This document shows, in pieces, positions 1 through 10,764 of a DNA stretch of 44,236 bases. The position numbers were made by a program, and so were the translations under genes. The stretch lies in assembly GCA_032718475.1 (NCBI GenBank), contig JAUCBJ010001121.1:1-44236 (forward strand), given 5' to 3'. Positions within the stretch are counted from its first letter, which is position 1. Each line of letters begins with the position of its first letter. Below the pieces are notes generated by a model. That model was given only the letters and a program-made list of their open reading frames with translations, searched no databases and was not told the origin of the DNA. The stretch is from Nemertoderma westbladi (taxonomy: Eukaryota > Animalia > Xenacoelomorpha).

Positions 1-56
1 CTACTTAATAATTCCTAGTTTTATTTTTTAGTTTTACTTCCCTATATTTCTTATAG

Positions 57-235
57 GATCTGAAGGACTTTGTTCGACAAGAAGGCGAAGTCACGTACGC
101 TGACGCTCACAAGCATAAGAAGAATCAGGGAGTCGTTGAATTCTCCAACGAGAAGGATATGCGAAACGTTCTGGACCGGTTGCAGGGGAAGACGTTACAC
201 GGGAGGGATTTAGAGTTCGAGCCAGAGCGTCGTAG
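57..235 (+). CDS. Internal exon of SRSF4/5/6 (B52/SRp55)-like SR splicing factor, pseudo-RRM2
   Basis: ttatag acceptor at 55-56 and AG|GTGAGT donor at 236. Translates DLKDFVRQEGEVTYADAHKHKKNQGVVEFSNEKDMRNVLDRLQGKTLHGRDL, matching the (SWQ)DLKDFMRQAGEVTYADAH...GVVEF motif of SRSF4/5/6. Upstream exons lie outside the window. Confidence 0.93.
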
Positions 236-261
236 GTGAGTCACCATAGCAAATCCACCAA

Positions 262-478
262 TATCTACTCATATCTACATCTACCCATATCTACTTCTAC
301 TTATACTCGTATCTACTTCCACACATATCTACTTCCACACATATCTACTTCTACTTATACTCGTATCTACTTCCACACATATCTACTTCCACACATATCT
401 ACTTCTACTTATACTCGTATCTACTTCCACACATATCTACATCTACTCTACCCATATCTACTTATACTCGTATCTACT
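262..478. repeat. Intronic tandem repeat, 54-bp unit (about 3 copies) built from atatctactt submotifs
   Basis: atatctacttctacttatactcgtatctacttccacacatatctacttccacac is repeated inside intron 236-489. Confidence 0.85.
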
Positions 479-489
479 TTACCTTGCAG

Positions 490-609
490 TGGGAGTCGTT
501 CTATGAGCCGGTCTCGCTCTCCGCGCTCCCGTAGAAGTTCCCGCTCCCGTTCGGGCGGGAGGAGCTCTCGCTCTCGCAGTATGAGATCCCGGTCTGGTGG
601 GGACCGAAG
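490..609 (+). CDS. RS-domain exon of the SR protein gene
   Basis: ccttgcag acceptor and AG|GTGAGT donor at 610, phase 2 on both sides. Reads SGSRSMSRSRSPRSRRSSRSRSGGRSSRSRSMRSRSGGDR. Confidence 0.92.
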
Positions 610-729
610 GTGAGTTAGTCGGGTTCACTTGTTAATCGGGTTCATTTATTTTATTCAACCGTTTTTTAAGTCACAATATTTTGTTTAACCTAAAGAAATC
701 GAAAGTTATGTTTTTCAAGCATCGTTCTA

Positions 730-860
730 GTGATAGTGTTGAGAACTGTAACTGTAATTATACTGTAACTATAACTGTAACTGTAATTACGAATTTTGAA
801 TACTGTAACTGTAACTGAAACTGAAATTACTAAAAATCGATGCAGTTCTCAACCACACAA
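730..860. mobile_element. Short MITE-like element with internal (ACTGTA/ACTGAA)n
   Basis: Inverted ends gttgagaactg / cagttctcaac enclose actgtaactgtaa repeats. A related block with the same hexamers lies at about 1938-2058. Confidence 0.5.
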
Positions 861-2074
861 TTAACATGAATGAACACTTGAAACAGTATTGTAATAGTTT
901 AATAAATTAATAACAGTGGTCGACATGGGTATCATTTTTAAAACATTTGTATTTATTATTATAGTTTGGACCTTGATAGTAGTCAAGTGGCCCAATGACC
1001 CATTGCCCACTTAACTCAACTGTGATTTATTTGGCGAGTCAAGCATCGAGTATTGAACGAAGATCTAGCAAATACTGTAGTTATATAATTAGTTATGTTT
1101 ATCTATCTGAACTGTTAGACTATTATCAGCCTTATCAGCACTCTTTGCTTCCTAAATATCGCATATCAAATGTAAATGTTTTAGATAAACAAAAATATAG
1201 TTAATGGTAGAGGGATATATAATGGATATATGTTTTACATTATGAATTATTAATGTTACTGGTACTATTAATATCACAGGGGTACACACAGGGGTACACA
1301 CAGGGGTATCACACTAGAGGTACACTGGAAATTAAATTTTTATCAAGTTTACCATTATAAATTAAAAAATTACAATTAAACTTAAAAAGTGAAAGGAGCA
1401 GCTTAACGAGGTGGGTCTAATCAAAACTACAAATATATGCTTACTACAACAAATTATAAATTAAGGAAAATGATGAGCAGGTTTCAGAAGCATGGCCTTT
1501 ATAACCAAAACAATAAATGATAACAGTACAAGCACTGAAACAAGATGTACAGTAAAATGTGGACGTGCCTTTAGTTGATCTTGTGACCGCCACTTTCATT
1601 ACATACAGTACTATCAGTAGGCCCTATATTAGTTACAAAATATTACCCTAGATGGGGTCCATCTTTCCTACAACAACTACCTATACCGCTCAGGCAGTCA
1701 GGCTCTATAAAGAGGCAGTTTCGTAAAGAATACCACCGGTATTATTAGTGTATATTACAGTAATATATCTTAAAGTGATTCATTTTTAGTTTTAGATAAC
1801 CATTTTTATTGGGCGAGTGATTCGTTTGATTTTTGTTGGGCAAGTTACTCATTGGGTGAGTGACTGCACTGCACCCCGCCCCGATGAGACTGACATTATT
1901 TCAATGACTGCTGATAGGATAATATATTATTGAATCTATAACTGAAACTGTAACTGAAATTTTATCGCGATCAAAACTGAAACTGAAATGCAAAACTTTG
2001 AATACTGAAACTGTAACTGAAATTAGTCAAAATTGACTCAGTTCTTAAAACTATCTAGTAACCTAGTTGATATG

Positions 2075-2330
2075 GCGCCAATGTACTTATATGATAAAAT
2101 AATTTCTATAACCGATAAATATATCTATTTAGGCCATGTAATTCACGAAAGTCGAGACGACGATTATGATATTAAGAATGACACTAGGGGGTTATACGCA
2201 CGCGCAAATACATTATGTAGGAAATTTACTAATTGCACTAACACCGTGAAATTTACACTTTATGGTCATATATCACGCCTCTTTATTGTAACGCATTATG
2301 GTCCGCTCAGAATTATTCTGAATACCGTAT
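2075..2330 (+). mobile_element. Decayed non-LTR retrotransposon fragment (region after the RT domain)
   Basis: KYIYLGHVI...DDDYDIK...RGLYARANTLCRKF...VKFTLY resembles the KYLG...LYARAN.L.RKF segment that follows RT in CR1/L2-group LINE ORF2. Confidence 0.6.
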
Positions 2331-2834
2331 GTATATAAACTGTCTTAAGGTTGCCAGTGGAACCCACGTGTAAATAAATTATGTTGCGGTGAGCAGATCA
2401 AGTGGCAAACGACTTTAGGTTGTATTGAGGAACTTTGAGGGTCCAAGATAATTAGTTCTTGTAGCAGAATGAACATCTATTGTCTGTATGATACTACCAC
2501 TACTATGATAAAACCTCTCAATATAAAACCACCTGGGCGACCTTCATTCATTGTGTCTTCACGCATGACCTGACCAACTGAAGTCAGCTGATGATATGCT
2601 CTCAGGGCTTCTCGCAGCCCATGGCGCCTGCGCGAGGACCTGGTATATTGAACTAATTATTATTTCATATAATATATTTACTTTATTTTTATTCATTTCT
2701 AGCGTCAATTTCAATAGAAATGTGTTTCGTTATGATTAGATCATGAACTCTCTTCGATACACTACTGACTGGAAGTATAGCCAAGCCATGGCTATGGTAT
2801 GGTATAGTCAGGATAGTGGGGAACTTTCGATGCA

Positions 2835-2945
2835 ATTAAAAGTCATCCCTCTCCAGGGGAAATCGACTCAAATAACAGCTGATGGTTCTCAAATATAAAA
2901 CTATTGACTTTCGTTTATTGTTTTGGTTAGAATAAACTGCCACAT
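2835..2945 (+). repeat. Dispersed ~150-bp repeat family, copy 1
   Basis: tcatccctctccaggggaaat...caaataacagctgat...ttattgttttggtta recurs at 20629-20775 (+), 23481-23620 (-) and partly at 33684-33733 (-). Confidence 0.75.
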
Positions 2946-3516
2946 ACCCCCCCCCCCCCCCCCCCCCCCTTCTATCTCGGCATAGCATAGCTAGTGGGTA
3001 TATAAAGGCTGTACTCAATCCATCAGTTCAGTTGCTATGCAACACCAAAAACACAACAAGCAGTAAAAAGACTGGCCTATTCCATGCTGTTAGAGATAGC
3101 GATTGCTTTAATCAACTGTCCTAGGTTAAGAGGGAATATCCATGTGGTATTCTATGCCAATATATCGGTTATCGGTAGTGACATTGTCAGTCCATCCCCC
3201 CTTCCCTTTGTTCAGCACTAAATATCTGACTGTGTTCTGTGTAGTCCTACTGCGCTACCGGTAACGTTTGCCAGAATTTATTCTACTGTGCCCTCCCTAG
3301 AAACTGTTCCCAACTGCTAGCAGATTACCTACTGACCTACTGTTTCTTTTAATGTGTTGCCCAGTGGTTATGATACTGTCTGACTCTGGAAGGTATTCCT
3401 ATAGCGCAGTACTGACTGACTGAGTACCGATATTGCGTTACTACAGTGTCAGTGGGTTTACAGTTTTAGTCAATATGTTATTTGGTTAGTTACCCCTCAA
3501 GTCATTACTGGCCGTA

Positions 3517-6060
3517 ATGGCCAAATCGAATCAGTTAGAAAACAACCAGGGACCATCGCTCAGACTTCTAGTCGCAGTCGCCCTGGTCGCCATCGGTTGC
3601 TATAGCAACACGTTGGATTGCGGGTTCTGTTTCGACGATATGACCGCTGTGGTTAACAACCGAGACGTGCGTAGCAACGAGACCAGCTGGCGTTCTCTGT
3701 TTGCTCACGACTTTTGGGGGACCCCAATGGACCGGGAACACAGCCACAAATCGTACAGACCGCTAACTGTCCTCACCTTCCGACTAAACTACCTACTGGG
3801 AGCGCTAAACCCGATTGGATACCACGCAGGCAACCTTCTACTCCACGGCTTCGTGTCCGCGCTGTACACCCATCTAATCGCAAGGCTCGCCCCAATCCCC
3901 TCGCTAGGCTCGGTCGTGGCGGGTCTACTGTTCGCAGCGCACGCCGTACACACAGAGGCTGTAGCGGGGGTTGTAGGTCGCGCCGAGTCCTTAGGCACGC
4001 TGTTCTTCCTGCTGGCGCTAGGGGCGTATCGAGCGGCGACCTCCTGGTTGCCGTGGATGTGTGTCTGCGTAGCCATGGTTACAGCCTCTATGCTCAGCAA
4101 GGAGCAAGGAATTACTGTGGTAGCCGTCTGTGCAATATACGAGATGTTTATGCACCAGAGACAAACAGTTGGTTCTTTACTAGCCACGCTATTAGGCCGA
4201 GGGTTCCGTAGACGTCCACCATTCCTCCCCATTTGGCTTCTCTCTTCCCTATCCCGTTTATTGGTCCTCGCCGCATCATCTGTCCTCCTCCTATTGGCTA
4301 GAATCACCTACATACAATCCGACCTTCCGTCCTTCACTGCCTTCGATAATCCAGCCTCTGTGAGCCTCTTCCCCTCCAGACACCTCACCTACAACTACCT
4401 GCTGTACATCAACGCCAGACTGCTAGTGGCCCCGGTGGGTCTATGCGCCGACTACACTATGGGTAGTATCCCTCTTATAGAATCGATTTGGGACCCGCGC
4501 AATCTTCTCACTGCCTTCATCTACCTCATAATAATCTCTTTTATTCTTTACATTATCTTCCATCCACACTCCCCCCATAGTAGAACACTCATCCTCGCCC
4601 TGTCCCTTCTTATTTTCCCTTTTATTCCCGCCAGTAATCTTTTCTTCCCGGTCGGTTTCGTCGTTGCTGAAAGGATCCTGTATATGCCCAGCATGGGTTA
4701 CTGTCTGCTAATCGGTCTGGGGTGGTCCCGTATCCATAGCAATCTGCGTAGACGATGGATGCGCGGGGTATTCTACGCGGCGACCGCTTGCTGTTTGATT
4801 GGTCAGTCGGTCGCTACGCTACGACGCAACCGCGACTGGCACAGCGAACACACGTTGTTCACCTCCGGAGTCGCTACGAATCAACTCAACGCCAAACTCT
4901 GGAACAACGTAGGGCATTGGCACGAGGGTTTGGGCGAGTGGGAGCGGGCGACGCCCTACTTCCTGCGGGCGGTGAGGGCGCAACCGGACGATGTGGGCGC
5001 TTTAATGAACGTCGGACGGGCGTACAAGGCGATGGGTTCGTTAGCTCTCGCGGAATCCTTCTACCGACGCGCGTTGTCGTACATGCCGACGGCGGTCCCC
5101 GGCACCCCGGCCTACACCACCCGGATCAACCCGAACCACCTGAACCTGTACGTGAACCTCGCGAACCTAATTAAACGAGACCCCTCGCGGCTGGAGGAGG
5201 CGGACGTCTTCTACCGGAGGGCCATTTCGATGCGTCCCGACTTCACGCAGGCCTATATAAACCGCGGGGACATCTTGGTTCGGATGAATCGCACTCTGGA
5301 TGCCCGGGATATGTTCCTCAAGGTTGTGGACATCCTGCGAGACGAACCCGACGGGGATGTTTTCTACAATTTAGGCGTCACTTACCTCGATATCGACAAC
5401 GATAACGCCTTGGTAAACTTTAATAAAGCTTTGTTCTATAAACCCCAACACATACAAGCGTTGTTTAACAGTGCCATGCTGCTATTGGATTCCAAGGAGC
5501 CTGACGATATCGCCGAAGGGAATCGTCGTCTCAACAGACTGGCGGAGTTAGATTCTGATAACGAGAGAGTTTACTTCCATTTAGCGGTAACCGCCATGGA
5601 CAAAGGAGATACCATAGAAGCCGAAGAGATGTTCCTTAAAGTTCTTGATAAGAACGCAAACTTCCGCAGCGCTTTGTTTAACTTGGCATTGATTTACAGC
5701 CGGTCGGCGCGACCCCACAGTGCTATGCAATATATACAGAGAAGTCTCGAAGTATCCCCAGACCATGTCAAGAGTCTCGTGTTGATGGGTGACTTGTATC
5801 TGAACTCATATAACGATACCGAACGAGCTGAGCGAGCGTTTTCTCGTGCGGTCGATCTGGAACCTGGGAGCCCTACGGTCCGGCACAGTCTGTGCGTGGT
5901 CTACGTGAACCAGGGACGTCTGGTGGAGGCGGAGACATGTTTGCTCAAGGTCGCCGCTGATGGTCCTCATCTAGACTATGTGCCTAACCATCTGGAGTTG
6001 GTTAGACAAAGGATGAAGGAACGGGGCGGTGTCAACGCGAATAAGTCGGTATCTAGATAA
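3517..6060 (+). CDS. TMTC3: Protein O-mannosyltransferase TMTC3 (multi-TM GT-C domain plus TPRs), intronless, 847 aa
   Basis: FCFDD, DFWGTPM..EHSHKSYRPLTVLTFRLNY, HTEAVAGVVGRAE, FIPASNLFFPVGFVVAERILYMPSMG, and TMTC3-type TPR segments NAKLWNNVGH, QPDDVGALMNVGR, PNHLNLYVNLANLI...SRLEEAD..YRRAISMRPDF. The ORF is uninterrupted. Confidence 0.95.
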   Translation: MAKSNQLENNQGPSLRLLVAVALVAIGCYSNTLDCGFCFDDMTAVVNNRDVRSNETSWRSLFAHDFWGTPMDREHSHKSYRPLTVLTFRLNYLLGALNPIGYHAGNLLLHGFVSALYTHLIARLAPIPSLGSVVAGLLFAAHAVHTEAVAGVVGRAESLGTLFFLLALGAYRAATSWLPWMCVCVAMVTASMLSKEQGITVVAVCAIYEMFMHQRQTVGSLLATLLGRGFRRRPPFLPIWLLSSLSRLLVLAASSVLLLLARITYIQSDLPSFTAFDNPASVSLFPSRHLTYNYLLYINARLLVAPVGLCADYTMGSIPLIESIWDPRNLLTAFIYLIIISFILYIIFHPHSPHSRTLILALSLLIFPFIPASNLFFPVGFVVAERILYMPSMGYCLLIGLGWSRIHSNLRRRWMRGVFYAATACCLIGQSVATLRRNRDWHSEHTLFTSGVATNQLNAKLWNNVGHWHEGLGEWERATPYFLRAVRAQPDDVGALMNVGRAYKAMGSLALAESFYRRALSYMPTAVPGTPAYTTRINPNHLNLYVNLANLIKRDPSRLEEADVFYRRAISMRPDFTQAYINRGDILVRMNRTLDARDMFLKVVDILRDEPDGDVFYNLGVTYLDIDNDNALVNFNKALFYKPQHIQALFNSAMLLLDSKEPDDIAEGNRRLNRLAELDSDNERVYFHLAVTAMDKGDTIEAEEMFLKVLDKNANFRSALFNLALIYSRSARPHSAMQYIQRSLEVSPDHVKSLVLMGDLYLNSYNDTERAERAFSRAVDLEPGSPTVRHSLCVVYVNQGRLVEAETCLLKVAADGPHLDYVPNHLELVRQRMKERGGVNANKSVSR

Positions 6061-6526
6061 CGTGTTGGGATCAGGGTCATAAAGTAATGAAATAAGTAGT
6101 AAAGGTCACATATATTCATGTAAAGGCAATGAGGTTTTGTATAAGAGTTTAGTTTTGGGTTATTTTGGGAATTATAAACGTGAGTTTCGTTAAATACTAT
6201 ATGATATAAAAACAGTGAGTCAATTAATATACAGTGGATGTGAAGAAAACGATATATAAGTCGTTGTGAAGACAATAAGTCGTGAGCTTCTGTGCAGATG
6301 ACGCAGTTCAGTTCCTTACATGTGCTCTGGCCTACAATGATTTATTTAATTTGGTTTCGCCAGTCGCAAGGTTGTTTTACAATTCTTACGGCACGCACCA
6401 GAAATTGCATATACTATATTATAATGTTATTTATTTATCAATGTGTTGTTCAATTTTTATTAGTTTAAATATATTTTTGCAAGTTTGTTAAATTGGATTT
6501 CAGATTAATTAACAATTTCTTTATTA

Positions 6527-6746
6527 GTGCATAATCTTGTACTTTGGCAGCCTCATGGAGTGAATAAGCATGGTGGACAGCCCATGACTTTCTTGAGGCG
6601 CATCTTAAAGGACACTGGCCTTGAAGATGCGGATGATCTAGCAAATGTCATGGGTGATAGGGAGTTGTGGCGGTGCAATTTTGTTGACAAGCCGGCACAG
6701 CATTCTTAAAAATGCAGCTGCAATGCAGCATGCCGATCCTAGTAGT
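6527..6746 (+). mobile_element. 5'-truncated RTE-clade LINE, 3' end with (TAG)n tail
   Basis: HNLVLWQPHGVNKHGGQPMTFLRRILKDTGLEDADDLANVMGDRELWR is an RTE-type C-terminus. It ends ...gcagcatgccgatcc-tagtagt. Closely similar copies occur near 13950 and 32300. Confidence 0.85.
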
Positions 6747-6811
6747 CTTTATTAGAAAAATCGTAACTTAATAGGTCACTTTATTTCCCGCTGGCTCTGT
6801 ATCCCTCCCTC

Positions 6812-9005
6812 TTACTTAGTGTTCAACCAACGCCACATTATTGTTACTTAGTGTTCAACCAACGCCACATTATTGTTACTTAGTGTTCAACCAACGCCAC
6901 ATTATTGTTACTTAGTGTTCAACAAACGCCACATTATTGTTACTTTATGTTCAACCGATGCCACATTATTGTTACTTAGTGTTCAGCCAACGCCGCATTA
7001 TCGTTACTTGGCGTTCAACCAACGCCACATTATCGTTACTTAGTGTTCAACCAACGCCACATTATTGTTACTTGGCGTTCAACCAACGCCACATTATTAT
7101 TACTTAGTGTTCAACCAACGCCACATTATTGTTACTTAGTGTTCAACAAACGCCACATTATTGTTACTTTGTGTTCAACCGATGCCACATTATTGTTACT
7201 TAGTGTTCAGCCAACGCCGCATTATCGTTACTTGGCGTTCAACCAACGCCACATTATCGTTACTTAGTGTTCAACCAACGCCACATTATTGTTACTTGGC
7301 GTTCAACCAACGCCACATTATCGTTACTTAGTGTTCAACCAACGCCACATTATTGTTACTTTATGTTCAACCGAAGCCACATTATTGTTACTTAGTGTTC
7401 AACCAACGCCACATTATTGTTACTGGAGTGTTCAACCAACGCCACATTATTGTTACTTAATGTTCAACCGATGCCACATTATTGTTACTTAGTGTCCAAC
7501 CACCGCCACATTATTGTTACTTAGTGTTCAACCAACGCCACATTATTGTTACTTAGTGTTCAACCAACGCCACATTATTGTTACTTAGTGTTCAACCAAC
7601 GCCACATTATTGTTACTTAATGTTCAACCGATGCCACATTTTTGTTAGTTAGTGTTCAACCAACGCCACATTATTGTTACTTAGTGTTAAACCAACGCCA
7701 CATTTATACTTAGTGTTCAACCAACGCCACATTATCGTTACTTAGTGTTCAACCAACGCCACAGTATTGTTACTGAAGTGTTCAACCAACGCCACATTAT
7801 TGTTACTTATGGTTCAACCAACGCCACATTGTTCTTACTTATGGTTCAACCAACGCCACATTATTCTTACTTATGGTTCAACCAACGCCACATTATTCTT
7901 ACTTATGGTTCAACCAACGCCACATTATTCTTACTTATGGTTCAACCAACGCCACATTATTCTTACTTATGGTTCAACCAACGCCACATTATTCTTACTT
8001 ATGGTTCAACCAACGCCACATTATTATTACTTATGGTTCAACCAACGCCACATTATTCTTACTTATGGTTCAACCAACGCCACATTATTGTTACTGAAGT
8101 GTTCAACCAACGCCACATTATTCTTACTTATGGTTCAACCAACGCCACATTATTCTTACTTATGGTTCAACCAACGCCACATTATTCTTACTTATGGTTC
8201 AACCAATGCCACATTATTCTTTCTTATGGTTCAACCAACGCCACATTATTCTTACTTATGGTTCAACCAACGCCACATTATTGTTACTTATGGTTCAACC
8301 AACGCCACATTATTCTTACTTATGGTTCAACCAACGCCACATTATTCTTACTTATGGTTCAACCAACGCCACATTATTTTTACTTATGGTTCAACCAACG
8401 CCACATTATTGTTACTGAAGTGTTCAACCAACGCCACATTATTCTTACTTATGGTTCAACCAACGCCACATTATTCTTACTTATGGTTCAACCAATGCCA
8501 CATTATTCTTACTTATGATTCAACCAACGCCACATTATTCTTACTTATGGTTCAACCAACGCCACATTATTGTTACTTATGGTTCAACCAACGCCACATT
8601 ATTCTTACTTATGGTTCAACCAACGCCACATTATTCTTACTTATGGTTCAACCAACGCCACATTATTCTTACTTATGGTTCAACCAACGCCACATTATTC
8701 TTACTTATGGTTCAACCAACGCCACATTATTCTTACTTATGGTTCAACCAACGCCACATTATTCTTACTTATGGTTCAACCAACGCCACATTATTCTTAC
8801 TTATGGTTCAACCAACGCCACATTATTCTTACTTAGTGTTCAACCAACGCCACATTATTCTTACTTAGTGTTCAACCAACGCCACATTATTCTTACTTAT
8901 GGTTCAACCAACGCCACATTATTCTTACTTAGTGTTCAACCAACGCCACATTATTCTTACTTAGTGTTCAACCAACGCCACATTATTGTTACTTAGTGTT
9001 CAACC
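6812..9005. repeat. Minisatellite, 32-bp unit (about 68 copies), two variant domains
   Basis: Unit ttacttagtgttcaaccaacgccacattattg in the 5' part and ttacttatggttcaaccaacgccacattattc at about 7800-8830. Units are head-to-tail with no spacers. Confidence 0.98.
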
Positions 9006-9032
9006 TATAGGGTTATTTTCTTGTCTTTTTAG

Positions 9033-9105
9033 TGTCTCGCGATCACGTTCCCGCTCACGATCCAGGTCGCGTAGCAACAAGTTAAATGGCCGAGACTCGG
9101 ATTAG
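9033..9105 (+). CDS. Terminal coding exon of the SR protein gene
   Basis: ttttcttgtctttttag acceptor. A phase-2 join to exon 490-609 gives S-VSRSRSRSRSRSRSNKLNGRDSD-stop. AATAAA at 9464. Confidence 0.85.
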
Positions 9106-10764
9106 TGACGTAACCCGTGACGTAACGAGCAAGTCAGTCAGTCTCACTGCTGACGTCTATGGGTTGGATGTTCTGTACAAGACAGAGACTATCTCCTCTA
9201 TAACTCTAACTCGAGAGCATTATTTCAAACTGTTTTACTAAACTCGTATATATATTGGAAATGTATTTCCCGTTTTAGTTTTTGTGTCAGTGTTCGTGTC
9301 CGATAATTGTCAGAGGTTCATGAGCTCAGTAATTATTTGTTTTATTTGCTCATTTTACATTAGACTGGTTAATCCATTGATTTCCGCAAATTGATTATAA
9401 AGTTTGTCTGTTAGTGACTACATATACTTTTTGTGACTCCATAAACTTTTTCACATCTTCAAAAATAAATTAGGTCACCAAATTTATAACGAATGAGCAT
9501 TGTGTGACAATATTGAATACTATTGAGGTTACAGATAGATTTTATGTTAAAAACGTAAGTCATTGTTTAGTTCATATATATATAGGTGTTTCATAGGACC
9601 AAATATATTATTGGCTACCAAATATATATATTCAAATAGCTAAACCTACCAGAAAAATGTATTAGCATTCAGAGAAAACGTAGGGTTAAGAATCCCACCA
9701 TATATACAATATACATATTTATAATACAAACTATTATTAGTTTGTAAAACTTGGCGCAAGTCAATCATTTACCAAAATTGGTTAGCTATAAATCCAAAAT
9801 TTGACACTAGCTACTGTTCTATTTTAACTGCAGTAATTTTGAAGGGCTGGTGTGGAGGAACAAAGTTTAACATGTAAAATATATTATATTTGCACGAATT
9901 TTTTTTTTTTTGGCAGAAAAAACTAATGTTGACTACTGACCTAGAAGAGAAAAAACGACCAACGATTTTGATGAAATTTTGCATGAACCATGAAAATAGA
10001 TTTCTATGGGTACTTGTGAAATCGCGGTTTAAATTGAAACATCTCAACTTGTTTTTTTCGAAAAATAGCCCCAAAACACGAGGCGCAATGCTAATAACAC
10101 CAGCTGGCACTCATGAAAAATGTTATAGAGAAGGCCTGGTAATGCATTCAATAGGAAGGGCAACTAACAAAGAAGTACTTTCTGTGCCAAGTATGATCAC
10201 TCTACTCTACAACCCAGACAGTAGGCAAATATTAACTGGTTTAGCTGGCTATTACAGTCTCAGCTGAATAACTCTTCCCAATGCATCCTATGGGAAAATC
10301 TACAAGGTTACTCACTCTGCTATGTTAATTGGCGTGCAAGCTAAATTACTGTTATAGTTACACAGTGTGTTGGCTACTATTGATTGCACTGTGCTCTCAT
10401 CTAATAATAATTGTGTTATTATCTTTGTGCCAACATTAATACTGCGGAGGCTGTATGCTTATAAGACTGAATGTTTATTCAGCCTCATAATGATTCCCCA
10501 TAAGGCTAACATTATAGTTTGAAATATAAAAATCTGTTATAATGATAATATAATTGTTGTATTTAATTAATATCGTGGTTTCCATTGAACAGTGTAAATT
10601 GTTAATCGCGGTTTACATTGAAACATCTCAACTTGTTTTATTTATTACAAAAATAAGAACGAATTTGTCTTATCACTTCTTGTGCGCGATTGTATTGACT
10701 TCATGACAACTGCTGTTATTATTATTAATCAATTTACACTTCGACACATATCTGACTACTCTAC

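Noticed and set aside
236-613. 125-aa ORF in the track
   Set aside because: It starts at the GT donor and reads through an intronic repeat. Only 490-609 is exon.
3460-3520. In-frame SR-TMTC3 fusion by splicing from 609
   Set aside because: The AGs I tested (3463, 3469, 3489, 3501) put the phase-2 donor out of frame with TMTC3, and two of them reach a TAA overlapping the ATG.
3714-5174. Overlapping alternative-frame and antisense ORFs in TMTC3 (likewise in MFSD12, CCDC177 and gag)
   Set aside because: Shadow ORFs of GC-rich coding sequence with no recognisable motifs.
6812-9005. CRISPR-like array, and the 257-aa and 409-aa ORFs in it
   Set aside because: The 32-bp units are head-to-tail with no unique spacers, there are no cas genes and the context is eukaryotic. 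The ORFs arise from a stop-free repeat unit.
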